A stretch of 64,000 nucleotides of DNA, from NCBI GenBank assembly GCA_964234715.1, contig OZ174285.1, one strand, 5' to 3'. Below are positions 26,976-39,056 of the stretch, in pieces; position 1 is the stretch's first letter; every line of letters starts with the position of its first letter. The position numbers and the translations under genes are program-made. The notes beneath the pieces were generated by a model that ran no database searches, was not told the origin of the DNA, and was given only the letters and a program-made list of their open reading frames with translations. This stretch comes from Podarcis melisellensis. Its lineage: Eukaryota.

Positions 26976-27384
26976 TGAGACGCTCCAGAAAGTGACTTGT
27001 AACATTTTAGGTAGCTGCTCATTGACATTTTTAATCCGCAATTCCTGTTCTTAACAAAAGCTTATAAATAACATACCATACATCACTTGATAGTATACAT
27101 AACACTGGTATACATGTTTCGTTCTCTCCTACCCCTACAACCCTACTATTTAGCTGCTGCAGTAATAATAAAAGAGAGATTCCTAACTTTTCATGTTAAT
27201 AAATGGATTCATTGTTATGATATTTTAATATAGTTTTTGCATGTGATTCACGATATCATTTGGTCTTTATGAAATGCTCCTTTGCAAGTTTTGTGTTTAA
27301 AGCTCTTTTTTCACCCCTCCTGCTCTTTCCTTTTTTTCTTTGCCCTTCTGTCCTTCTTATATTTTCCCCCTCCACACATATCAG

Positions 27385-30300
27385 ACCAGGATCTTTAGTT
27401 AGCAATGGGAAAGTCAGGATCATTCCATTTGATTACGAAGTTGGCCAAGAACAGGAAGAGTGTGAAGAGAACTATGAGGAATTAGGCAAACAGTTAATAG
27501 AAGATTTTTTAGAAAAAAGTCACAGGACTAGAAGTTCACAGGGACGAAGGAGCCCGAGACTCTCGAAAAGGGAGAACTTTGGCCATCCTGAAAGAGGAAG
27601 ATACTCACGGAAGGCTTGCCCAGAATCGGGAAATCCCGATGTTCCTTGCTATCCAGAGGAATATGACACAATAGACAGGAGAAGAAAGAAGAAGCTGCGA
27701 TATAACAATTTTGAAGAATGCGACCGAACTATATTGCAAAGCAGTGGTAACCGGAAATTTTCATCAGGCAGCATTAAAGCAAGAACTGAACATAACCTAT
27801 ATCCTGATTATGATGAAACTGAGAAATGGGGCAGCAGCCCCATTGAAAGTGAAGAACAGTTACCGGAATATCCAGTTCTGCGTCCATACAAGAATGGCCT
27901 TCTAGTCAAGAGTGGCAAGTTGTCCGCTAACCAACGTGCAAAGCATGACTTGGGATCAGTCCATTTTGATGGTGAAAATGAGATCCATTCAGAACAGCCA
28001 GCTCACTCTTTTGTGCCATTGGGTGCCCTTAAAGAGTTTGGCAGCTGTTCGTCCAGTGTACTCCTGTACTCCCCAGTTTCGGATGATGATGATGATGAAA
28101 TGGAAGAAATAGCAATACTTTCCCAAGCATGGCGTGAATCCAGTGTTCGCCATGTTGGAGACCTTACTGACGCCCGTACTGGAAGTGCCATATCCCTGTT
28201 ACCAAGGGACAAAAACTCACATAGGATGAGAGGAGGAAAGCACGGCTTTCTTAAGCAAGACTTGACCCTCTCTCCTGTTGAAGAGCCAACGGAAGAATAC
28301 GTGGACACAATGGATGAACTGCAGTGCTTAGTTGAAACTGTGTCTGAATACTTAGCTGAAAAAGAGGAGGAGATTAGCAAATTTGAAACCCTTCCTGCGA
28401 GCAAAAACGCAAGCGATTGTGCCTCTCCCAAACTGGCCGGTGCTGATAAGTTGGCGGAGGAAAGTGCCCCTTTGGAGCAGGCAAAGCCAGCCGCTTCTGC
28501 CACAGAGGAGAGCGAGGGCAGCAAAGGCATAACAGAGGCATTGCCAGACTTGTCTGGGGTGAAGAACACGGTCAGCTCCTTGTTTAGTTCTTTCACTGAA
28601 AAGGTGGGCTCAGGAACAAAGCACTTAACAGCCTCAGTTGAAAAACTTGTATCCCCCACACCAGAGAAATCTGAAGCCCCTGGTCAACCTGAGGGAGGCA
28701 TCACAAGTCTGTTTTCAAGTAAGCCTAAGTCTGAGGGTGCCTCTCCAGAACTGAAAGCAGAAAACAAATTGGATGCCAAGCTGTCCACTGCAACTTCTCC
28801 TTCTGTGACCCAGAGCAGCCGTGAGCGAGAAGCCGGTGATGCCAAGGCCAGCATCCCAGAAAAGACAACAGGAGATGACAAGGCTCCTCCAAGTGTCCAG
28901 GATGCTTCAGCAAACGCTGCTCCGCCCCCTTCCCTGGACCCCAGCTCAGTCGTGAACTCCGTCTTAGGCATCTTCAACCCTTTGAAAATCTTCTCCGAAA
29001 AGGAAGCACTGAAAAAAGAGACTGCAAAACAGGAGGAGGCTGTGAAGGTGGAAGCCACGCATGCCAGTGCTTCTGAAGCCAAGGCAAGTGCAAAGGCAGC
29101 TGAAGGCAACGCGACAAAACCCACCAACATTGCGCCTCCCGAAACGAGCAAGAGCGAGGCAGAAGCGAGCGCAAGCAGCGGCCCCGTCTCCTCCATCTTT
29201 GGCAAGCTGTCGAGCTCCATTAGTTCTTTTAGCTTGAAAGCCAGTTTTGAGAGTTTGGCTGTTCCCAAGCAGCCAAGTGGGCCGCAGAAGGCTCCTGATG
29301 CGCCGCCGCAGGCCACAAGTCAGCCAGATAAAGTTGTTAAAGAACACCCAGACATGCCAAGAAATCCACAACCTGCAGGGAAAGTGCCAGAAAACAAGCC
29401 AAGTGAAGCCAAGAAGGAGGCTGGTACCGCTCCGCCGTTGGAGCAGGGGGAACCATCTGAGAGCTTTTTCAGTCCACTTAAGAAATCCTTCAGCCAGATG
29501 CTGCTCCCTTCTTCTGCTACCGAAACTGTGCCAAAGGAGCCACCACCGGGCTTGGGGAAAAGTCACCGTTCTGAAGATGATGTCAGGAAAACGAGCTCCG
29601 CAAGCAGCGAACCCAATTTCCCTTTCACCGGTAAACTCCAGATTCCCTTTTTGAGCGGTTTTGGCTTTTCAGACAAACCACCGCAGGACAACAAAGAGAA
29701 GCCAGGAATTTTCACTTCCTTCTTGAAAGCTGCTTCTGTGGAAAACCTGACAGCTTCAAAAGATCAAACTGCCCCACCAAGTTTTAGTGGCAAGCCACCA
29801 AAGGCTGAAGAGGGTCACAAAAGCAGCAACGCGGAAGCTGCCAAAACAGAGTCGTCAAAGTCTCAGGCAGTTCCCGAGGCACCGCAGAGAAAAGAGGAGC
29901 CGGCGAGGAAGAAAGAAACCAGTAAAGAAGATGGTCTGGGTGCACCAAAAAGTGGAGATAAAAAGCAGGGTGCCTCAGACACTTCAAGAATTGCGCACAT
30001 GGATCATGATACCAAAGGCATGGGTGCTCTGGACCACAAAGATTCCAAATGCAGGGGGGAGCTGGCAGCCCCCACAAAAGAACCTGACTTAAATACGACA
30101 GCAGGAAAGCCAGTGCTTCCTGGTGGAATCAGAGAGGACCAGGCAATGGATGATACGCCGAATAAGGCCCCACAGCCAGGGCAGGGGTTGCTCTCGGGCC
30201 TCTTCCGGCGGCCGTCTTCAGACCACATAACCCACAGCGAAGAGTCGAATGCTAAAAATGAAACGGACAGCCAGAAGAGCAGATCAGCTGGCTTACTTTC

Positions 30301-33300
30301 TGGATTATTTAGGTTTGCTTCAAGTGAAAACCTGACCGAAAGTATGCCAGATAAGGCAAAATCAGGCTCTCTGGGCATAATGAAGTTTTTTGAGAGGAGC
30401 GAAGAGCCTAGTTCTGGTGACAAGTCCGTTGGCTCACATGTGACTCCCGGTCCCCAAGAAAGCACTGGGGGGAAACCGGAGACAGGCAGCTTCATAAAGA
30501 ACTTCATGCAGAGGCCAAAAGAAAAAGTGGAGGAGGCAGTGACCGAGACTGCGAAGGCGAATGGTCATTTGCCTCACCCAGAACTGAGCAAGATGGAGAA
30601 CGGACATGGTGTCGTCCCTTGGCATCCCCCCTCTCAGAATGCTTTAAGCTCACAGCCAAAGATACAAGACTTATCGGGGCAGCGAACTCTTTATAGACAA
30701 CCTATGGATTCCAATATTTATCAAGCAGTTCTCAACGAAAGGTCAAATGAATTTCTCAATTCCTCTTTGCTGAATGCTAAATTGCGTGGCCACTCAGAGC
30801 AGCATCTTGCTCTTGAGGAAACAAGGAGCAGCCCCTCTAGCTTTGACTGGGAATATGATGCAGGAGCATTTTCTCTTAACGCCCACCAGGTTTCCTTGCC
30901 AGTTTACTACGTCTTGCAGCAGAATTCTGTCCCACTGGCTGAGTTTCTGGAATGGCCAGACTCCAGTGACGCTGCAGTGAACTTGTGTAAAAAAGATGGC
31001 AATGCCAATGTCGTGGATTGGAGGTCAAATGCAAATTTTGATGCTCTGAGCATGGATTTCAGTGTCATGTCCCACGAATCGTTTGATCAGTTAGACTTAC
31101 AAGATTTAGGTCTAGAAGAAACTGAAATGTGGACAACGCATTCTCTGAATGGAAACTTTCCTCCATTTGATGACTGCAGCTATATTTTGGAAGAGATGCC
31201 CATGGACTTAAGCTATTCGTCAGCATGTGATGGCAATATGTGGACCTTAATTGATCAGGAGTCCTTGAGCCTGGATGGCAGTTTTGTCTATTCATCTTAT
31301 AGCCAGGAGTACCAGGACTGGCTGACGCTGCTTGAGAAGGGCGTGTGGTGGCCATCGGAAGATGGCGATTGTGGATATTACATGTACAGGGACGGTCAGT
31401 TTGTTTATTCTCTGCTCACCGACCCCACTGGGCAGTATGTCTACATTTGCACTCCTGACACTTACACCTACCCAGACTACTGGGATTATAATTATCCGCA
31501 GAGCATTTTGCAGAGCTCTGTCTTGGAAGATGACATGATTGCCGTTTGCGGTTTCAAAGTGCCTCTTGGTAATGAAGACGAGTTATTCTGGTTTGCTGAA
31601 GAGGAGCAATTGGATAATTACTCTGTAAACAAACCACTTGATTTGTCTGTAGCTCTGCAGAGAAGTGATCAACTTATGAACATGAATTTAGAGACCTTTT
31701 CGCAGATGTTTGAGGAGTCCATTTATTACCAGAGAGAGCAGCCTTTAGACTTTTCAGGGTACAAACTTCAAAAACTCAAAGTAGACTTTAGGCCTGAGAA
31801 TGACATGGAGTGGCGCTCAGAAGAGCCTCCCCTGACCCTTGACCTTAGAGTTCACTCCAGGGTGGCTTCCAGCGGGAGGCTAAAAGATGATGCTCTACCC
31901 AAACATCTGGACAGGACTCCTGCTGTGACAGTTTCCGAAAGTGCACAGTCAAGACGGTTTGGTTTCCATATATTCCAGTCTTCTGCCAAGCCGGAGCCTT
32001 CATCGGCGTCTCAGAGTGTTACAGAAGTCAAAACCACTGAAGAAGATAAAAAGCCACCTCTGAATAAAGTTGCATCTTTATTCTCTGCTTTGGGTGGCCT
32101 GATGGGTAAGGGTTTGGAAGCACATGAGACAGTGGAAGACGCGGCTGTGAAGAAAGGAGAACCGGTGGTGTTGGGACACAAAAACGATGCTCTTCCAGCT
32201 ACGCCACCCAGGAAAACAGGAGAGGATATCCAGCAGCATACTGAGCATGAACAAGAGAGAAATGAGAGAGGCAGATTAGTTAAGTCTGTTAGGGATGAAA
32301 AGCCAGTGATTTCTCAGAAAAAGCCTCAGCTAGTGAGGTCTTCCTCTCAGCTCAGCCAGGGTCCCGTGGACAGCAAGACCAGTCAGCTGGATCAAAGTGT
32401 TAAGCCTGCTCCCCTCCCAAGTCAACAGAAACCCAAAGTGGGTGTGGATGAACCCAAGAAAACCCAGCCAGCCCCCAGCCAAGCGCCCACAGAGGCTGAG
32501 GGCACGTTGTTTAAAAGTGCTCTCAAGATTCTCAGCCTGGGAGAAGACTCCTCCACAACTGCAGCACCCAATAAAAGTCAAGGCCCCGGGTTCTTTGATT
32601 TCTTTAAAACGCAGGTCAACAAAGCCCCACAGCCACCACCAGCACCCCAACCAAATCTGCCGAAAAATGAAGCCGAGAAGAAAATGCCTCAGGAGAAAGT
32701 GGAGCCCCCAGGCATTTCATCATTCTTTGGTTCCATAGGGGATCTTTTCAAAGTCGATGCCGCCCCTGCCCCACCAAGTGCCGCTGCTCCACCAAAGAGT
32801 GGAACCCACACCTCCCTGAAACCGAATGACAACGCAGACCAGCGTAGCAGAGAGCCAAGTAAGAGCAGCGCTCCTGCTCCTCAAATCCCCGTGGAGCAGG
32901 CTCGTGGGGAAGCTGCCCAGAAGCCCGCAGTCCCTAAGGAAGAACAGCATGGGAAAGTAAGCAAGGAAACTGCTCCAGCGAAGAAGGAGGACATCCCCAC
33001 TGCAGGGAATGCAGAACCCAAGCCTCCCGTGCAGGCAGGCCCTCGAATGGACCAAGCAAATCGCTCTCCAGGGCAGCATGGCCACGGACCAGCTGTTGCA
33101 CCGGGACCGCAAGGCCATGCAGGAGCCATACCTGGTAAAACTCAGCCAGGAAAAGCCAGTCAGCCACCCAGGGAGTCTGGGTTTAGCCTGCCTTTTGGCT
33201 TGTCGCAGGCAGCACCTTCTAAGCCTCCGCAGGCACCACAGCCGGCTGGCAAGAGCATCTTCTCCTCCTTCTTTGGTGCCCCAGAGAAAGCCCCTGCCCC

Positions 33301-36229
33301 AGCTCCAGCAGCTCCTAATGCCAAGCCCCCGGAAGCAGAGGGTCTGTTCAAGATGCCTTCTTTCTTTTCTGGAGGGCCCACCGCAAAGAAGAACATGCCT
33401 CAGAGCAGCTCCAGCTTCAGCTTTTTCAACCTGACCTCCTTCCTGGATGACAAACCACCAGCAGCTGCTCCTGACAAGGGGAATATTGCAAAGCCACCTC
33501 AGCAGCAAGCAAGCAACCTGGGAAGGCCGCCTCAACAGCAAGCAGACGCAAAGCCATCTATGAAGCAGTGTGTTTCTGTTGACTCTGGCATTGGACTTGC
33601 CAGACAGCAGGGCTTGAAGGATAAAGAGGCAGCGGAGGGTGTTATAGAAGCAGTACTTGGAAAGCAAGAGGCTGTTGGCCCGGAGCACAAGGCAAGTGAG
33701 TTAAAAACTCCTGCGGCTGAGCATGCTGCGGCAAGTGCTTCAGAAGTAAAAAATGAGGTAGAGATACCTTTTGTGGCCAGTAAACCTCCTGATGATGGTA
33801 CAGATAGAGAAGACCACTCAGTCTATCCTGATCCTGGCTCTCAGGTCCCTACGCTGCAGGAAGACATTGCACCTTCCCTTCCGGAGATTCCACAACCAGA
33901 GGAGCAGCTGCAAGACAATGCAGAAAAGAGTGGTGGTATTGTGGTGTCCTCTGAGAAGGAATTTGTTCCTTTAGTTGGGAACGAGACTTTTGAAAAGGCA
34001 GAGCCCGGTCCAGTTTGTGATGAGACCTCTGTGGCTCTTGAGCCATCTCTTGCTCCTGGAGACCTTTCACAGGAGGTTGTACCTGAAGAAAAACCAAGCG
34101 CCCCTGAAGTCAAGCCCCCGGAGCCCAAGCAACCTGATAGGACCCCAAATACTGCAGGAGAGCAGCAGGCTCAGGGCCAGAGGCCTCTCCCTCAAATGGC
34201 AGCAGCAACACCTAACCTGCAGGAGAAACCTAAAGAACCTGAGGCTGACAAATCAGTTCTAGATTCCTCAGTTGAAATGTTTTCCAGCTTCATGACGAAG
34301 ATGAAACCAACCAAAACATTATCTGGCTTCTTTTCCCAGCCTCAGACTCCAGCAGCTCCTAGTGCCCAAAAGAAGAGCACTTCGTTTTTCGGCCTTTCCT
34401 CCCTGCCCACTGGGCCTCCTCCAGCATTCACAAGTGATCTCTTTGGCATTTTTAAAGGAGCAGCAGATGAGACCCTTTCAAAGCCTGCAGGGAAGACCGC
34501 AGGCACTTCAAAAGCCCAGGAAATGAGCTCCAGGGCAAAGGAGGCTGTGGGCCCAGTTCTTGGTAAAGGTCTCGCAAAACAAGATAAAGCCTCTAGGGAT
34601 CAACTTTTAGGGACAAATGCCGGCAGCGTTTTGAAACAACCCGACCAAACCTCTAGGGCTGAACCTACAGAGAAAGAAGCTAGCAGTGACTTGAAACAAG
34701 ATGCCTCTTCTGCTTTAGCAGGTGAGAGTTTGGGGAAAGAATGTAGGGCAGAATTGGAAGCTGAAAGCAGTGGAAGACCTGAACATGGTCTGGAACCCTC
34801 CCTGAATGCTTCAGAAACTTTAGACTCAAGTAGGGATCAGGGCCCTGAAGTGGTACAGCTGGACACAAACTTACTGGCATCTGATGAAGCAGGGAAGGCT
34901 GCCCCGTATAGTCAAGAGGTACATGATGCAGCTGAGACGGTGGTGCTGCAGGAGAAGAGTGAAGTGCCTGTGGAGCCCTTAGAAAATGATGCTGTCCCTG
35001 CTGTTGAAGAAGAGCAAGTGAGCCCAGCAGGAGAAACAGACGTTGGCCAAATGGATTTGGACAGTACACATGAGCTGGAACCCAAGGTTGGTGAGGAAGA
35101 GGAACACCTGAAACTGCCAGAACTGACGGATACTTCACTAACCACTGAAGAAGTAACTATAAAGAATGAGGCAGATATTGATATTTGCCCACCAGACACG
35201 TTTGAGACCCTGGAGATGGAACCCAAAGCTGCTGCAGATGAGGCCCATGACTTGCCCCATCAGGATATAGAAAAGGTCCCTGAAATAAAATCTGATCTTC
35301 CTCCTGAGCAGAAGGAGCCTCTAACCATCAGCGAAGCAGCCCCAGAAGCTGCTCCCTTGAAAAGCAGTTTGGCTGGTAAGAGCAAGCCAGCCAGTGCTCC
35401 TGCAGAGGCCAGCAGCACCAAGCCCATGTTTGAAATTCCAAGCATGCCCACTTTGCCCAAATTCGGCTTCATGTCTTCTGCAGACAGCAGCAAGCCATTT
35501 GGCTCCTTCTTCTCTGCACAGCCGCCTTCGGCAAGCAAGCCTGCGCCTGAGCCAGGCCTCGTCTCCAGCTTCAACAAGTTTTCCTCAAGTCTGTTTGGTG
35601 GAGGAAGTGATGAGAAAGCAGGTAAAGTAGAGGGCACTCCGGGTGCTGTCTTTGGAAAGAAGCTGGACTTCTCATTTCCGTGGCAGAAAGATGCCAAGGA
35701 GGCAAGTCTCAAGAAGGAACCAGATGTGCCAACACCAAAAGCTCCCTCCAAACAGGAGGCGGCCCCAATTGCTTCATCCAAACTAGATTTGAAGGCACCA
35801 GAAGTTCTCTCGAAAGCCGAGGAACAAGCAGTGGATGTGGCCGGGGCTGACGGGAGCCCAAACCTCTCTGCCTCTGACCAGCCAGCCGACAGTGCTGCTG
35901 ACTCAGACCTTTCTTCTAAGCAGCCTGACAGCAAGAGCAACGAATGCTTCGATGGTCCCACACCTGACATTCCGCTTGCGCCCAGCAAGGAGCTGGAGCT
36001 TGAGGTCCCCAGAGAAACGGAAGATGAGCCAAGCACCATTTCCAGTGAGCCTCCTGGGCTCCCTTTGGAGGAACCAGCAGAAGGCGCCACACAGGTTCTG
36101 GATGAAGTAGAGCAGAAGGAAAGTGTCCCTTGTCCAGAAACGGAAACACTTGCCACTGGACTGCAGCCGGCGGAGCAGAGTAGCCCTGAGCCACTCAGGA
36201 AGAAAAGGCCAGTAGCCAAAACAGCATGA
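27385..36229 (+). CDS. UNC13B: UNC13B giant exon (~2,940 codons, mostly disordered). It ends either at a GC donor after 36207 (internal cassette) or at TGA 36227-36229 (terminal).
   Basis: Uninterrupted ORF 27260..36229. A long pyrimidine tract and tcag| acceptor at 27384 give phase 2, matching the upstream donor (AG|A = Arg). An 8.8 kb stop-free frame is not expected by chance. Confidence 0.92.
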
Positions 36230-36729
36230 TAAATGGTGCCAACTTGTGAGCCATTTATAATGCAAGTGCCGTAACAGTAGATGCCTGACCTCGTAGATCA
36301 GACTCCTCTAGGCTGTGTTTGGCATTAGTAGTACCCAGTGGTAGGTAGAGTTGTGAACACTAGTTGCTAGACTGCCCACCCAGCGCCTCTCTTGCCCTTC
36401 TCCTTCTCAACTTCTGGCTTCCTTTGTTCCAAAAGGCTGCGATGACTCTTCCCCTTTGCTCTCCTTTGTGCTGTGTCCTTGTGAGTGAGCTGCTTTGAGT
36501 ATTAGTTTCATTAACCTTCTGTAGCCTGATTGTGTGCGTGAGAAAACAACTTGCACCTCTAGATGACATGGTGGGAGGGAGGAAATTGGGGGCTCTCTTG
36601 GTTTGCAGAAAGCTTAGTTAGACAACATACAAGGCATTCACGTTTTAAGGTGGGAGAGAGACCCAGATGGCAGCAAAAGCTGTTTCAGTGGTTGCAGTTC
36701 AGTCACCTGCAGCATAACTTTTCTAACAC

Positions 36730-36937
36730 CCAGAAGGGGATTCTGACTAAACATCAGGAAAAACTGTTGAACAGACTCCCTAGGGAGTTGGTGGATTCTC
36801 CTTTCTTGGAGGTTTTTAAGCAGAGGTTGCCTGGCCATCTGTCATGGATTCTTGAGCTGTGATTCTTGCATTTAGGGGGTTGGACTGGATGACCCCTGGG
36901 AGTCCCTTCCAACTCTGCCATGCTAAGATTCTGTGAT
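36730..36937 (+). mobile_element. CR1 LINE 3' end fragment
   Basis: NRLPRELVDSPFLEVFKQRL C-terminus, followed by cccttccaac...gattctgtgatt. Confidence 0.8.
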
Positions 36938-38212
36938 TAAAGCCTCCTCCCTCCCACCAGGAGGAGTTAAACATGGCTGTTGACTATTAAAGGTACCAAT
37001 GCAGAAACATCTAGTTCTTGCTGCTCGGAAGCCGTTACTGCCCAGCTAACATGATTCAGTTTTTCTCTACTTTTACCAGCTGTATTCAGCGGCATTAGCT
37101 GAATGTGCTTTTCTGTGTTAGGCTGCAGGTCTCCAAGCAAGCTGATAACTGGTTTTCTGGTTTACCATATCTCAAAAACATGTTTTTTTAATTCCATATT
37201 GAAGAGAATTGCAGTGATTTCATGTTACAGCTATCAGTATATTAGTGACTTTTGCTCCCTGTTTACCCCTGTCCAGGGGATGATTGGGGCCGGTGTTCTT
37301 GCTGCCCCTCCCTAGTTACAGAACTGCTCGTCACTAAAATCATTGCTAAATCTGCACTCCTCACCCGCCACCTCTAGACAATTGGCCCAGCAGGGATCCT
37401 GCTTCAAGCATTTCCCTTTCTGCCCAGCCTGTTTTCCAAGGAATAGATGGGATTTTCGCAGTGTAGCTGCCTTGGGTCCTCTTGCAGCTGTCTCTGCCTA
37501 TGTGGGCTGCCAAAAGCCAGGCGGCACTTAAATAGCGGCCCAAAAGCATTTGTGCCCCTTCCCTCTTAGAATTCCACAATGGAGAGAGTGTGTGTGGGTG
37601 TCTTGTTGAATTAACTCCAACCTTATAATAATCAGTCACTCCCAAGCAGCAACAGCAATGGGCCCTTGTTGTGCTGGAAGAGAGGGCTGATTTTTCTAAA
37701 CGGCAGCTACAACAGGATCCATTCTCAGCCACTGGAGAAACTTAAGAATGTGTTAATGAAATGGGAGTGAAGATGAAACCCTCATGTCCTAGAATCCACG
37801 CGCAGTTGACATGCTAGGGGCAAACATTGTTGTAAGAAGGTGTTGAGCTTAGCAGCTTAGAAGTTCAATGTGCATGAAACTTTTGCTGCCATTCTTAATT
37901 TTCCTATGGCCTGTAAACAATTTACAGGATGCGCAGCAGATGATGCTATCTGTTTCTGATTGATATATCAATAGGGTCCAGAGGCTTAGGCCCAGCACAA
38001 AAATTGCAAACACAAATTTGGAAGTGGCGGGCGACTGAGAACAGTGGCTGCAATGTGCAAGAGACATTTGCTTGGCTAGAGTTTCCATTTGATGCTTTGG
38101 CCAGGTGTAGTTAGGATTTGCGCTCTCTCTCTCTCTCTGTGTGTGTGCATGCATTGTGCTGTTTCCTGGTTGCCAAGACCTTTTGACTTACTAATGCTTT
38201 GCTCTCTCACAG

Positions 38213-38509
38213 TCCTGCCAGCAGTAGTAAGTTTGGTTCCTCCTGTAACATCAGTCAGGGAAGCTCTCAGCTGAGTGAGCTGGACCAATATCACGGGAGT
38301 GTGCCCTGCTCCGAACACGAGGACGAGCTCACAGAAGGAGTGCCTGCTGCTGCTGCTCCTCACCCAACAGAGGGCCCTGCACCATCTAGTGAGCAGCACG
38401 AGCCCCAGGAAGTGCACAGGGAAGGAGAGGGGAAGGTGAAAGAACATGCCACACCTCAACTACCTCCTGAAGTGGACGAGCCCAAAGAAGCCACAAAGAC
38501 ACCGGGCAG
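38213..38509 (+). CDS. UNC13B: UNC13B coding exon: (S)[27 protein letters not shown]...KTPG
   Basis: Branch point tactaat, acceptor ctctctcacag|, donor |gtaggt. 297 nt, phase 2-2. [20 protein letters not shown] matches ubMunc13-2. Confidence 0.93.
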
Positions 38510-38965
38510 GTAGGTGGTGCACGTTGGCCATGGATTCCTTGGAGTTGAACTTGAGGCCACTTTTCTGGTAGATCTTGGGAGAGACAAACAGGATATGGGT
38601 GTAGTGCCATAGCTGGTTTTGAGTGCCCACTGCTGTCTAGGGTCAGAAAGGGGGGGGGGACAAACTTCATTAAATAAATCTTCATTAATCCTCTTCATCA
38701 TCATCATCATCATTTTACACCCATCCAGTGACTAATGGGGCGCATTCCTTACAGGGTTCTCTACCACAGTCCCTGTTGGCCACACTTTCTGTTCTTTCCA
38801 TGCCATTCTCTGTCTTTTGCTGGCCATCCCAGTTCTCTTGGGGCCAACTGTTCTCAGCGTTTGTTCCCACCATTACAATAAAAGGTTCTTTTCATGTGTT
38901 GAGTTTCATGAGACTGCTCTTGAGTTTCCAGCACTCATTTTCCCCTTGTTTTTCCTTTTTGCAAG

Positions 38966-39056
38966 TCACCTTGATGAAAATGAACTTCTCCTTCTTCCCG
39001 CTGCAAGAGCCCGCTGGATCCGAGCCATTACTAAAGTGCGGCTTCAGTTTGAAGAG
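38966..39056 (+). CDS. UNC13B: UNC13B exon with the ubMunc13-2 calmodulin-binding helix: (S)HLDENELLLLPAARARWIRAITKVRLQFEE
   Basis: Pyrimidine tract with gcaag| acceptor, donor |gtaggg. 91 nt, phase 2 to phase 0. ARAxWIRAxTKVRLQ is the Munc13-1/ubMunc13-2 CaM site. Confidence 0.94.

Noticed and set aside
27260-27384. N-terminal part of the 2989-aa ORF (MVFMKCSFASFVFKALFSPLLLFPFF...) resembling a signal or transmembrane segment
   Set aside because: It is the translated polypyrimidine tract of the acceptor at 27384. The exon is spliced in phase to upstream UNC13B exons rather than being a standalone gene.
28003-36219. Long minus-strand ORFs (218, 210, 322, 319 aa) opposite the giant exon
   Set aside because: Antisense shadows of a long biased coding frame, with no recognisable domains.
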